Sequence record: KX231829.1
Direction: 5' to 3' (one strand)
DNA: 41,760 bases
Source of the DNA: Enterobacter phage Tyrion
How positions within the stretch are numbered: position 1 is the first letter of the stretch; the number at the start of each line of letters is the position of its first letter. The translations under genes were made by a program, and so were the position numbers. Below the pieces are notes generated by a model, which worked only from the letters and a program-made list of their open reading frames with translations, was not told where the DNA came from and did not search any database. Of the stretch, positions 1 through 9,163 are shown in pieces.

Positions 1-29
1 TGTCACGATAGCGCTAATAAATTGCAACG

Positions 30-55
30 GCCGCCGACTATGGCGGCTTTGTTTT
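30..55 (+). terminator. Rho-independent terminator upstream of terS
   Basis: Hairpin gccgcc-gactat-ggcggc followed by tttgtttt. Confidence 0.45.
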
Positions 56-65
56 GCATGGTACT

Positions 66-82
66 ATTACCATAACGGTAAT
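66..82. promoter_or_regulatory. Operator palindrome ATTACC-ATAAC-GGTAAT upstream of terS
   Basis: Perfect TTACC-N5-GGTAA palindrome 20 bp upstream of the terS ATG. Confidence 0.6.
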
Positions 83-101
83 TATTACCCTGGTGGTTAC
101 A

Positions 102-695
102 ATGCCTGCTGAACCAAAAGCCCACAAACGTAAATCAACGCAGTATAAGCCCCTGACAGCGATGCAGGAGGCTTACTGCCAGTCGTATATCAAGACGCCG
201 GAGAACCAGACTCAGGCGGCGATTAACGCCGGATTCTCGCCTAATACAGCGCACGTCAAAGCCAGCGTCATGATGCGCGATGAACGCATCCAGAAACGCA
301 TTGCCGAGTTGATGGAGGAGCGCAACAAACGCATGCGCGTCAGCGCTGATTATGTGTTGCTTCGTCTGGTGGAAATCGACCAGATGGATGTGCTGGATAT
401 CCTGAACGATGACGGCACCCTGAAGCCGATCCGCCAGTGGCCGAAGATATGGCGTACCACGCTGAGCGGTTTCGACCTGTCATCGACCATCATGAACATG
501 GATGAGACATCAATCGAGACCATCCTCAAGAAAATAAAATGGCCTGACAAGGTGAAGAACCTCGAACTCATTGGTAAGCACGTCGACATCAACGCTTTCA
601 AAGAGCGCCTGGAGGTTTCAGGTACTGTCACGATTGCCGACCGCATGGCGAAAGCCCGCCGCCGCGTTAAAGAGCAGGCTGGTGGTGAAGAATGA
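102..695 (+). CDS. terS: Terminase small subunit (Terminase_2-like, HTH)
   Basis: ORF 54..695. Likely start is the ATG at 102, preceded by ggtgg and downstream of the operator. The stop overlaps the terL start (ATGA). HTH-type TerS motifs: AGFSPNTAHVKAS. Confidence 0.8.
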   Translation: MPAEPKAHKRKSTQYKPLTAMQEAYCQSYIKTPENQTQAAINAGFSPNTAHVKASVMMRDERIQKRIAELMEERNKRMRVSADYVLLRLVEIDQMDVLDILNDDGTLKPIRQWPKIWRTTLSGFDLSSTIMNMDETSIETILKKIKWPDKVKNLELIGKHVDINAFKERLEVSGTVTIADRMAKARRRVKEQAGGEE

Positions 696-2170
696 CGGAC
701 GCCGCTATGTCGCCGGAAGAGCAACTCGTCGAGGATATCGCATCATTCACGTATGACCCACTGGGCTATGCGCTGTATGCATTTCCTTGGGGCGAGGATG
801 GTACAGAACTGGCACACGCCACCGGACCACGCAAGTGGCAGGCTGATGCATTCCGCGAGATACGTGATCACCTCCAGAATCCTGCTACCCGTCACCAGCC
901 GCTGATGCTGGCCCGAGCATCCGGACACGGTATCGGTAAATCAGCGTTTATCTCGATGCTGATCAACTGGGGCATGTCCACCTGCGAGGACTGCAAGGTA
1001 GTGGTCACCGCGAACACCGACAATCAGTTGCGTACAAAAACATGGCCTGAAATCATCAAGTGGTCGAACCTTGCTATCACGAAAGAGTGGTTTACCTGCA
1101 CCGCCACAGCGATGTACAGCAACGATCCGGGACACGATAAACGCTGGCGCGCTGACGCTATTCCATGGTCTGAGCACAACACTGAAGCATTCGCCGGGCT
1201 GCACAACGAGCGCAAGCGCATCATCGTGGTATTCGACGAAGCCTCAAACATTGCCGATCTGGTGTGGGAGGTTGCCGAGGGTGCGCTGACGGACGAGGAC
1301 ACCGAAATCATCTGGGTGGCGTTCGGTAACCCGACGCGTAACACCGGGCGTTTCCGCGAGTGCTTCCGCAAATACCGGCATCGCTGGAAGTGCGCGCAGA
1401 TTGACAGCCGCACCGTTGAGGGCACCAACAAAGAGCAACTGCAAAAGTGGGTGGACGACTACGGCGAAGACAGCGACTTCGTGAAGGTGCGTGTACGCGG
1501 CATCTTCCCTGACGCGTCTGAAAACCAGTTTATTCCGTCAGGCCTGACACAGCCTGCTGTGGGTCGGGTGATTACTCCGGCACAGGTTCAGCATGCGGCT
1601 GTAGTGCTTGGCGTTGACCCTTCGCACCAGGGTAAAGACCCGGCGGTGATTTATCTTCGTCAGGGGCTGCACTGCAAGAAGCTGGGAGAGTACCCGCGCA
1701 CAACTGATGATGTCTGGTTTGCCAAGGTGATCGCCGACTTCGAAGATCAGTATCACGCTGACGCTGTGTTTATCGACTATGGATACGGGACTGGCCTGAA
1801 GTCAGTCGGTGATAACTGGGGGCGCTCATGGACGCTGATACTGTTCGGCGGCGGAACGGCAGATCCTGAGATGGGTAACAAGCGCGGGGAGATGTACAAA
1901 TCCGCCCGTGATGCGCTGAAGCTGGGCGCGCAACTTGACAGCCAGGATTTAGCCGACGAACTCAGCGCGCCTGAGTACAAAGTCAGGCTTAAGGACAGCC
2001 GGAAGATTTTGCAGGACAAGGACGAGGTGAAAGAATTGCTTGGACGGTCGCCGAACAACGCTGACGCCTATGTCCTGACCTACGCTTTCCCGGTGGTCAA
2101 GAAGCAGTACATACCAGGACAACAGAATCAGCAGGGTAAAGCCATCACAGACTACGATCCGTTTGCATAA
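692..2170 (+). CDS. terL: Terminase large subunit
   Basis: 492 aa, translationally coupled to terS. ATPase and nuclease terminase architecture (motifs GHGIGKS, VVFDEAS). Confidence 0.9.
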   Translation: MTDAAMSPEEQLVEDIASFTYDPLGYALYAFPWGEDGTELAHATGPRKWQADAFREIRDHLQNPATRHQPLMLARASGHGIGKSAFISMLINWGMSTCEDCKVVVTANTDNQLRTKTWPEIIKWSNLAITKEWFTCTATAMYSNDPGHDKRWRADAIPWSEHNTEAFAGLHNERKRIIVVFDEASNIADLVWEVAEGALTDEDTEIIWVAFGNPTRNTGRFRECFRKYRHRWKCAQIDSRTVEGTNKEQLQKWVDDYGEDSDFVKVRVRGIFPDASENQFIPSGLTQPAVGRVITPAQVQHAAVVLGVDPSHQGKDPAVIYLRQGLHCKKLGEYPRTTDDVWFAKVIADFEDQYHADAVFIDYGYGTGLKSVGDNWGRSWTLILFGGGTADPEMGNKRGEMYKSARDALKLGAQLDSQDLADELSAPEYKVRLKDSRKILQDKDEVKELLGRSPNNADAYVLTYAFPVVKKQYIPGQQNQQGKAITDYDPFA

Positions 2171-2207
2171 AAAAGGTCGCCTGAGCGACCTTCCACTTCA
2201 TTCTGCT

Positions 2208-2585
2208 TTAATCATCGGGGTAAATCAGTGGCATCCAGTGAGTTACCTTGGTAGCCCCTGAATCGATAAATGCTTGCGTCCTTTGCCAGTAGCCGCCCAT
2301 GAAAGCCAACTTGAATACATCTCCAGAATCACTAAGCGCTATAACGTCTTTCGACCACTGACCCTCTTTGCTTTCCGGAAGTCTTTCATCAACGCTTATC
2401 CAATCTATTCCGAAACCATCAGACATTTTATGTCTTGCTTCATGAATCACTTTGTCCATCCTCTTCATGGAGGCGGCAGGTAGCGGTATTTCTCGTACCG
2501 AACAGATTTCTTTGATCAGTCCACTCGCTATTACTAACTCTTCAAAAAGAGTGGCTATTAAATCGCGTTCCTCTTCACCATTCAT
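2208..2585 (-). CDS. DUF551-family protein (moron, opposite strand to late operon)
   Basis: 125 aa with C-terminal ...KVTHWMPLIYPDD typical of DUF551. A paralogous C-terminal domain is at 39918..40811. Confidence 0.65.
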   Translation of the reverse strand: MNGEEERDLIATLFEELVIASGLIKEICSVREIPLPAASMKRMDKVIHEARHKMSDGFGIDWISVDERLPESKEGQWSKDVIALSDSGDVFKLAFMGGYWQRTQAFIDSGATKVTHWMPLIYPDD

Positions 2586-2700
2586 CTACAACCTCGTCTT
2601 AGTTGCTCGTCAGGTTATCAGTGGCGGGCGGTGACGATGCCGCTTTTCGGGAGCTACCCTAGCCACTGATGAAGTTTAACACAGCCACCGGCGGGCAGGT

Positions 2701-2714
2701 TGTGACATGTCACG
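2701..2714. repeat. Palindrome tGTGACATGTCACg (copy 1)
   Basis: 12-bp perfect palindrome GTGACATGTCAC immediately after the stop of the minus-strand gene 2718..3089. Identical 14-mer to the window end/start junction. Confidence 0.8.
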
Positions 2715-2717
2715 GTA

Positions 2718-3089
2718 TTACTTGATGGCATCAAAGCCGGCGTTAATAGCTTCCGCGATATTGACCGCATTGGTTTTATCAAATTGCCCACTCTGAATAA
2801 GCGCCGCATGCAGGCATTGCAACTTCATGTTGTATAAGTGCTCACTGCGGTAATCGGCATCTGATTTTGAAAGTCCATTCTCGAGTGTTTCATGGATTCC
2901 GCCGCCCATGTCGTACCACTGCCAACACTTACCAAACTCACGATTCAGATCGCCATCATTCAGGCCATCAATCACTGACAGGTCAGATACCGCATCTTCA
3001 TGCTCAGGCTGATATCCTTCGCCGATAGCTTGTTTCAGGTATTCGATCATCTCGCCGCGTGGCTGATTAAGCTCTTCAATCTCTTTCAT
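2718..3089 (-). CDS. Acidic hypothetical protein (moron), possible DNA-mimic/anti-defence candidate
   Basis: ORF 2718..3185. Likely start is MKEIEEL at 3089 with RBS AAGGTGA. Strongly acidic (about 24 D/E versus about 10 K/R). No recognised domain. Confidence 0.5.
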   Translation of the reverse strand: MKEIEELNQPRGEMIEYLKQAIGEGYQPEHEDAVSDLSVIDGLNDGDLNREFGKCWQWYDMGGGIHETLENGLSKSDADYRSEHLYNMKLQCLHAALIQSGQFDKTNAVNIAEAINAGFDAIK

Positions 3090-3106
3090 GATTTTCACCT
3101 TAAAAA

Positions 3107-3135
3107 AATGCCCGGGGAACCGGGCGAAGTGGTAG
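3107..3135 (-). terminator. Rho-independent terminator (minus strand) directly abutting the RBS of the 2718..3089 gene
   Basis: Minus strand reads GCCCGGttccCCGGGC + AUUUUUUU, then AAGGUGAAAAUC-AUG. Confidence 0.5.
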
Positions 3136-3202
3136 CAATGGGAGTTGCCTTCCATGGCAGTCACGGGTTTACAGCACAACGTCATCGCAATGGCGCTCTG
3201 GT

Positions 3203-3245
3203 GTAAAAAGGGCGGTACCAGTTATTTCAAGGGATGGCCCTGGTA
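3203..3245 (-). terminator. Second minus-strand hairpin/terminator
   Basis: 10-bp stem GCGGTACCAG/CTGGTACCGC, followed on the minus strand by CUUUUUAC. Confidence 0.4.
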
Positions 3246-3966
3246 CCGCCAATGTTACAACTATCGTTACTGGCACTACGGTTATCACGGTCCTAAGGCG
3301 TTATTGGGTTTTCTGACTCTGTCAGATAATTTATTGCCACACTAACGCAGTGGCCTCGGGGCTTTAACGTCTTCCGAGTAGCGACATCACACGCCGTTTT
3401 TATTTCCTCTTTTAGCCCAGCTAATACTTTGCTCATTGCCGAGGATCACACGACTCTGGATTTGGTTGTGGTGGCCGGTGCTGTGATATTCCGGCATAAG
3501 GCGCTTATTCGGCGGCATCGAGCTTGCTTATTCGCTTGAGCCATCCTTGTGAGTCAGCCACGTCCCACTGCGCATCAGCCTGCGCATTCACCACAACGCT
3601 GAGAGCACTCCCATCTTTGCCAATGGGTTTCAAGAGCGGCAGGCCTACCACTTGGAATGCTCTCATCGTTGCACCCTCGTCTCTTCCGAGGTGTCACACC
3701 GTATCGCCAGGATGGTGAATCCCTTGTCCGTGCATACCGTTCACTGACTTGCACATTCCGGCTACCCGCTCGGGGATAAGGAACACCAAGAAACCCCGCC
3801 GGACCGCTGCGACACATGTGCCATATGCCGTACTTCTCACACCTGAAAGCGCGCTCCACCGTCTGGATTTAACGACCCGGCTCAAAGGTCATTCACTGAA
3901 GCGCGCTTTAAGTTGTGTTCCGGTTACGTCTCCGGAGCGGTGCCATCTCCGCCGTCTGCATTATTT

Positions 3967-4046
3967 CATTACCTCAAGGGTAATTATTGATGCAATAACT
4001 GTCAATACCCTACGCTAAATAATGCATATGTGGTTAAATTGGTAAT
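3967..4046. promoter_or_regulatory. Promoter-operator unit upstream of the 68-aa gene and portal
   Basis: Perfect palindrome ATTACC-TCAAG-GGTAAT (3967..3983), then CATATGTGGTT (4025..4035) and half-site GGTAAT (4041..4046). Same composite architecture as 7 other intergenic sites. Confidence 0.55.
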
Positions 4047-4073
4047 AATTTAATTGCGTACGGAGTCATTGTT

Positions 4074-4280
4074 ATGTGCATGGGTAGCTCTCCATCAGTG
4101 CCAGCGGCACCGGAAGTGCAGGCCGCACCGCAGGAACAGGATGCTGCTGTAGTCGATGCTCGCGACGAAGAAACCCGCCGCCGCCGCGCTGCTGCCGGTC
4201 GTAGTTCCACGCTTCTGACTGGCTCGCAGGGGGACACCTCCGCAGCCAATACCAGCGGCAAAACTCTGCTCGGTCAGTAA
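4074..4280 (+). CDS. Small low-complexity Ala/Arg-rich protein upstream of portal
   Basis: 68 aa. Its translation-initiation region ACGGAGTCATTGT(T/C)ATG is duplicated exactly at the portal start. Confidence 0.5.
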   Translation: MCMGSSPSVPAAPEVQAAPQEQDAAVVDARDEETRRRRAAAGRSSTLLTGSQGDTSAANTSGKTLLGQ

Positions 4281-4294
4281 ACGGAGTCATTGTC

Positions 4295-5965
4295 ATGGCG
4301 GAAACAACGAAAGAGCGGTTGAACAAACAGTTCGCACAGCTTGAAAGCGAGCGCCAGTCGTTCGAGCCACACTGGCGAGAGTTGAGTGATTACATCAATC
4401 CTCGTGGTTCCCGCTTCCTGACATCAGAGGCAAACCGTAACGACCGCCGAAACACGCGGATCATCGACTCAACCGGCACTATGGCGGCGCGTACTCTTGC
4501 CAGTGGCATGATGTCAGGCATCACCAGCCCTGCGCGTCCGTGGTTCCGCCTGGCGACACCTGATCCGGATATGATGGATTATGGCCCGGTCAAGTTGTGG
4601 CTGGAGACGGTACAGAACCGCATGAACGATATGTTCAACAAGTCGAATCTGTACCAGTCACTGCCTCAGCTTTACGGCAGTCTTGGCACATACAGCACCG
4701 GCGCAATGGCGGTACTGGATGACGAAGAAGACATTATCCGCACGATGCCTTTTCCGATCGGCAGTTACTACCTGGCTAACTCCCCGCGCGGAAGCGTTGA
4801 TACCTGTTTCCGTAAGTTCTCCATGACTGTGCGCCAGCTTGTGCAGGAATTTGGCCTGGACAACGTCAGCGAATCCGTGAAGGGCATGTGGGAAAGCGGC
4901 ACGTATGAGAAGTGGGTTGAAGTGATGCACTCGGTGTATCCGAACATCAACCGCGATACGGCGAAGCTGGACAGCAAGAACAAGCCGTATAAATCCGTTT
5001 ATTACGAGGTCGGCGGCGATAACGATAAGTTGCTGCGCGAATCCGGCTTCGATGAATTCCCGATCATGGCGCCACGCTGGGAAGTGAACGGTGAAGATGT
5101 CTATGGCTCATCGTGTCCTGGCATGCTGGCGCTTGGTCCGGTTAAAGCGCTGCAACTTCTCCAGAAACGCAAATCTCAGCTGATTGATAAAGCCACTAAT
5201 CCGCCGATGGTTGGGCCTACTTCTCTCAAGAATCAGCGCGTTTCACTCCTCCCTGGTGATATCACCTACATCGACCAGGTGACCGGTCAGGACGGTTTTA
5301 AACCCGCATACCTGGTAACTCCCAGCACTGGCGATTTAATAACCGACATTCAGGACACGCGCCAGACCATCAACAGCGCCTACTTCGTCGATCTGTTCAT
5401 GATGCTTCAGAACATCAATACCCGCTCAATGCCGGTGGAAGCGGTGATCGAGATGAAGGAAGAAAAGCTCCTGATGCTGGGGCCGGTACTGGAACGCCTG
5501 AACGACGAATGCCTGAACCCACTGATTGACCGTGCATTCTCGATGATGGTGCGTAAGAACATGCTGCCACCGCCGCCGGACGTGATGGAAGGTATGCCTC
5601 TGAAAGTGGAATACATCTCCGTCATGGCTCAGGCGCAGAAGTCTATCGGTCTGTCCAGTCTGGCATCAACTGTCAACTTCATCGGACAACTTGCGCAGGC
5701 CAAACCTGAAGCACTCGACAAGCTCAACGTTGACCAGGCGATCGACGCATTTGCTGATATGTCCGGCGTATCGCCGACTGTCATAGTGCCGCAGGACCAG
5801 GTTGAACAGACGCGTCAGGACCGTGCGCAGCAGCAACAGCAACAGCAGGCAATGGCAATGGCTCAGATGGCAGCGCAGGGAGCCAAGACTCTCAGTGAGA
5901 CGCAGATGAAAGATCCCAGCGCGCTCTCAGCAATGGCTCAGGCAGCAGGCAGGCAACAGCAATGA
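4295..5965 (+). CDS. Portal protein
   Basis: 556 aa, positioned after terL. Gln-rich C-terminus. Size matches epsilon15 gp4. Confidence 0.85.
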   Translation: MAETTKERLNKQFAQLESERQSFEPHWRELSDYINPRGSRFLTSEANRNDRRNTRIIDSTGTMAARTLASGMMSGITSPARPWFRLATPDPDMMDYGPVKLWLETVQNRMNDMFNKSNLYQSLPQLYGSLGTYSTGAMAVLDDEEDIIRTMPFPIGSYYLANSPRGSVDTCFRKFSMTVRQLVQEFGLDNVSESVKGMWESGTYEKWVEVMHSVYPNINRDTAKLDSKNKPYKSVYYEVGGDNDKLLRESGFDEFPIMAPRWEVNGEDVYGSSCPGMLALGPVKALQLLQKRKSQLIDKATNPPMVGPTSLKNQRVSLLPGDITYIDQVTGQDGFKPAYLVTPSTGDLITDIQDTRQTINSAYFVDLFMMLQNINTRSMPVEAVIEMKEEKLLMLGPVLERLNDECLNPLIDRAFSMMVRKNMLPPPPDVMEGMPLKVEYISVMAQAQKSIGLSSLASTVNFIGQLAQAKPEALDKLNVDQAIDAFADMSGVSPTVIVPQDQVEQTRQDRAQQQQQQQAMAMAQMAAQGAKTLSETQMKDPSALSAMAQAAGRQQQ

Positions 5966-6258
5966 CAGATTACGACGACGACAAACTGAAAGAAGAGAAC
6001 GCGCGTAAGCAGCGCGATCTGGCTCAACGTGAAATCGACGACATCCGTTTCGTCATGGACAGCAAGCAGGGCCGCCGCGTCGTCTGGTCAGTGCTGGAGA
6101 AAGGGCGTGTATTTTCCGCCATTCCTCCGATGGACGCGCTGGCAATGGCATTTAACGAAGGGCAGCGCAATCTGGCGCTGGAGTTGTTTCAGCGAGTAAT
6201 GACGCACTGCCCTGATCAGTATCTGAAGATGGCCGCAGAGGCCAGTGAACAGGAGTGA
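5962..6258 (+). CDS. Hypothetical head-assembly protein
   Basis: 98 aa, coupled (ATGA) to portal and scaffold. Confidence 0.55.
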   Translation: MTDYDDDKLKEENARKQRDLAQREIDDIRFVMDSKQGRRVVWSVLEKGRVFSAIPPMDALAMAFNEGQRNLALELFQRVMTHCPDQYLKMAAEASEQE

Positions 6259-6953
6259 ACATGAATTTATTTGAGCGTTTGCTGTATCGCCGCCTTTGCA
6301 ATGAGCAATCAGTTGATGGTGGCGCGGCACCTGCAGCATCAGAACCCTCACCCGCTGCTGGTGATAATCCGGCTCCTGCTGGCGATCCAGCGCCGAAAGA
6401 AGGCGACACGCCACAACCAGGCGCTGAAGGCGATAAGCCAGCAGAAGAAAAGCCAGCCGGCGATAAACCGGCTGAAAAGAAAGAAGACGAAAAACCAGAA
6501 GGCGCGCCGGAGAAGTACGAATTTAAGACTGCTGAAGATATCGAACTGGATACCGAAGCGCTGAAGGATTTCGAACCAGTGGCGCGTGAACTGAACCTGA
6601 CCAACGAACAGGCGCAGAAGCTGGTTGATGTCTATCCGAAGATCCTGGCTGGCGTGCAGCAGCGTCAGGCTGAAGCATGGCAACAGACCACTGAACAGTG
6701 GGCTGCAGATGTGAAGGCCGACAAAGAGATCGGCGGTGACAAACTGCCTTCAAATCTCAGCGCCGCGCAGCGTGCGCTTGATCAGTTCGGTACGCCGGAA
6801 CTCAAGACATATCTGAACGATACCGGGCTGGGGAATCACCCTGATCTGGTTAAGGCGTTCGTGAAAATCGGTAAGGCCATGTCTGAAGACGGCATGGTCA
6901 CCGGTAGTAATGATGGCCAGCGTAGTGCGGCCGAAGTGCTCTATGGCAAATAA
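6255..6953 (+). CDS. Scaffolding protein (Pro/Ala/Glu/Lys-rich N-term, helical C-term)
   Basis: 232 aa acidic low-complexity protein immediately upstream of the major capsid gene. Confidence 0.6.
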   Translation: MNMNLFERLLYRRLCNEQSVDGGAAPAASEPSPAAGDNPAPAGDPAPKEGDTPQPGAEGDKPAEEKPAGDKPAEKKEDEKPEGAPEKYEFKTAEDIELDTEALKDFEPVARELNLTNEQAQKLVDVYPKILAGVQQRQAEAWQQTTEQWAADVKADKEIGGDKLPSNLSAAQRALDQFGTPELKTYLNDTGLGNHPDLVKAFVKIGKAMSEDGMVTGSNDGQRSAAEVLYGK

Positions 6954-6967
6954 GAGAGGAAATAACC

Positions 6968-7954
6968 ATGGCTGTTAAAGGCTTAACTGCGCTGACGCTG
7001 GCAGACTGGGGTAAGCGCATCGACCCAAACGGGAAAGTCGATAAAATCATCGAACTTCTCGCACAAACAAACCCGATCCTTCAGGACATGCTGATTGTTG
7101 AAGGTAACCTGCCGACCGGACACAAAACAACTGTTCGTTCCGGTCTTCCGTCGGCAACCTGGCGTTTGCTGAACTACGGCGTGCAGCCAAGTAAATCGAC
7201 TACCGTCCAGGTTACTGACGCTGTCGGCATGCTGGAAACCTACGCTGAAATCGATAAATCTCTGGCTGATCTGAACGGCAATACTGCTGAATTCCGCCTG
7301 TCTGAAGACCGTGCATTTATCGAAGCGATGAATCAGCAGATGGCGCAGACGCTTTTTTATGGCGACTCCAGCGTAAATCCTCAGCAGTTTATGGGCCTTT
7401 CATCTCGCTATTCCAGTCTGTCTGCTGGCAACGCGCAGAACATTATCGATGCAGGCGGTACCGGTACAGATAACACCTCTATCTGGCTGGTTGTTTGGGG
7501 TGAAAATACTGTTCACGGCATTTTCCCGAAAGGCCAGAAAGCTGGTTTGCAGATGGAAGATAAAGGGCAGCAGACACTGAAAGATGCCGCTGGTGGTCAG
7601 TACGAAGGCTACCGTACCCATTACAAGTGGGATAACGGTCTTTCCCTTCGTGACTGGCGTTACGTTGTGCGCATTGCAAACATCGATGTCAGCAACCTGT
7701 CAGATCCTGCCACAGCGGCAAACATTGCGAAACTGATGGTGAAGGCACTGCATCGCATTCCTAACCGTGGCATGGGCCGCCCTGTTTTCTATATGAACCG
7801 CACTATTGGTCAGGCGCTCGATCTGCAGTCGCTGGAGAAAACCTCTCTGGCGATCAGCGTGAAAGAGACCGAAGGCGAATGGTGGACCTCTTTCCGTGGT
7901 GTACCGATCCGCGAAACTGACGCTCTTCTGGAAACTGAAGCGCGCGTGGTGTAA
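6968..7954 (+). CDS. Major capsid protein (HK97-fold)
   Basis: 328 aa with strong RBS GAGAGGAAATAACC-ATG. Position and size match epsilon15 gp7. Confidence 0.85.
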   Translation: MAVKGLTALTLADWGKRIDPNGKVDKIIELLAQTNPILQDMLIVEGNLPTGHKTTVRSGLPSATWRLLNYGVQPSKSTTVQVTDAVGMLETYAEIDKSLADLNGNTAEFRLSEDRAFIEAMNQQMAQTLFYGDSSVNPQQFMGLSSRYSSLSAGNAQNIIDAGGTGTDNTSIWLVVWGENTVHGIFPKGQKAGLQMEDKGQQTLKDAAGGQYEGYRTHYKWDNGLSLRDWRYVVRIANIDVSNLSDPATAANIAKLMVKALHRIPNRGMGRPVFYMNRTIGQALDLQSLEKTSLAISVKETEGEWWTSFRGVPIRETDALLETEARVV

Positions 7955-8005
7955 CGCCTGTTATTAACCTGTGGGCCTTAACTGGCCCATTAATGGAGAA
8001 AGAAG

Positions 8006-8443
8006 ATGATCCTCGACAAACTGTTGATGTTCTCCGAAGCGCAGGCAGTTACGGCTTCCGCAGCTTCTACCGATGTAATCGACCTCGGCCCGATTGACGG
8101 CACCCGCCGCGATATCGGCGTCGGTTATCCGCTTGAGTTCTTGGCAATGGTGAATACCACAGCTACCGCTGCCGGTGCTGCAACTGTGAACGTTCAGTTG
8201 CAGACCAGCCCGGACAACAGCACATGGACCACTATCTATGATAGCGGCGCACTTGCGCTGGCTGCATTAACTGCCGGTAAACGTGTTGCTTCCGTCAAAG
8301 TACCTTCCGGAGTTCTGCGCTATCTGCGTGTGAATTATTCCGTCGGTACTGGCCCGCTTACGGCTGGTGCATTCACTTCCGGCATTAACCTGGATGTTGA
8401 TGCAAATACGCCGTATCCGATCCGCTCCAAAGTAACCGGTTAA
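8006..8443 (+). CDS. Capsid-associated beta-sandwich/decoration-like protein
   Basis: 145 aa, Ala/Thr/Gly-rich, RBS GGAGAAAGAAG. Confidence 0.5.
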   Translation: MILDKLLMFSEAQAVTASAASTDVIDLGPIDGTRRDIGVGYPLEFLAMVNTTATAAGAATVNVQLQTSPDNSTWTTIYDSGALALAALTAGKRVASVKVPSGVLRYLRVNYSVGTGPLTAGAFTSGINLDVDANTPYPIRSKVTG

Positions 8444-8453
8444 GGGGATATAG

Positions 8454-8789
8454 ATGTCAGGTGAGAAACCGAAGTACCGCGTTCTGCGCCTCTCTCATAT
8501 CCACAATAATCTGTGGCCGGAGGGTTCGGAAATTGAATACGACGGCGAGCCAGGTAGTGCACTGGAACCCATCAACGATGCAGCGAAGGCGGCGAAAGCA
8601 AAGGTTACAGGTAAAGCAGCAGAAGTCGTAACCAGTGCCAAACCCATCAACGATGCAGCGGAAGATGGCGATCTGGATAAGATTCGCGAAGAGTATGAAC
8701 TGCTCTTTAACGAGAAACCGCACCATAACGCCAAAGCCGAAACGCTTCGCGAGAAGATCGCAGATAAGCGTAAAGAACTGGGCGTGTAA
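8454..8789 (+). CDS. Small capsid decoration/staple-like protein
   Basis: 111 aa, the same length as epsilon15 gp10. Contains an internal 18-nt direct repeat encoding PINDAA twice. Confidence 0.5.
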   Translation: MSGEKPKYRVLRLSHIHNNLWPEGSEIEYDGEPGSALEPINDAAKAAKAKVTGKAAEVVTSAKPINDAAEDGDLDKIREEYELLFNEKPHHNAKAETLREKIADKRKELGV

Positions 8790-8805
8790 GCCTCGCGTAT
8801 CAGAC

Positions 8806-8830
8806 AAGGGGCTTCGGCCCCTTTATTGCA
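8806..8830 (+). terminator. Rho-independent terminator after capsid genes
   Basis: aaggggcttcggcccctttatt. Confidence 0.6.
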
Positions 8831-8833
8831 GGA

Positions 8834-9163
8834 GTGTATATGGAAATGGTCAACCTCAAAACCGGCACTGACAACTATCAGGATGAGAGCGGAGAAACCA
8901 AAACCCGTGACGATTATCCATGGGGTCTGTGCATTAACCTTGATAATGACACGCTGAAAAAGCTCGGCGCTACGCCGCAGCCCGTTGGCACTGAGGTGAT
9001 GATTACGGCGAAGGCAACCATCAAGAGCATGTCCACGCGCGAAGATGGCGAAGGCGTGCGCCACGATGCAAGCCTGCAGATCACCGACATGGCGATCGCA
9101 CCTGCAACCGGAGAGCCTGATAAATCAGCGGCTGAAACCCTTTATGGTAACGGGGGTGAGTGA
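8834..9163 (+). CDS. Hypothetical virion protein
   Basis: 109 aa with RBS GGAGTG. The start may be at 8840. Confidence 0.5.
   Translation: MYMEMVNLKTGTDNYQDESGETKTRDDYPWGLCINLDNDTLKKLGATPQPVGTEVMITAKATIKSMSTREDGEGVRHDASLQITDMAIAPATGEPDKSAAETLYGNGGE

Noticed and set aside
2701-2714. GTGACATGTCAC as a CRP-binding site
   Set aside because: The half-sites TGTGA/TCACA are separated by 4 bp, not the 6 bp required for CRP.
3145-3345. Trp/Tyr-rich 61-66-aa ORF (GWPWYRQCYNYRYWHYGYHG) with an apparent GGGAG RBS, which could pass for a RiPP-like peptide
   Set aside because: The ORF spans the 10-bp-stem hairpin at 3203..3245 that reads as a minus-strand terminator. The aromatic run is most simply a by-product of that structured GC-rich non-coding DNA. 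There is no partner maturation gene.
3190-4073. tRNA, tmRNA or a known structured RNA class in the non-coding spacer
   Set aside because: I found no T-loop (GTTCRANYC), acceptor/CCA architecture or tmRNA tag-reading frame by eye. This needs Infernal/Rfam to settle.
8495-9064. Long antisense ORFs inside structural genes (e.g. 8495..9064 minus, 9507..10211 minus, 23834..24433 minus, 6152..6604 minus)
   Set aside because: They are embedded antisense to well-supported coupled late genes. Their composition is odd (Ser/Arg/Cys-rich) and they lack RBS context, so they are typical shadow ORFs.
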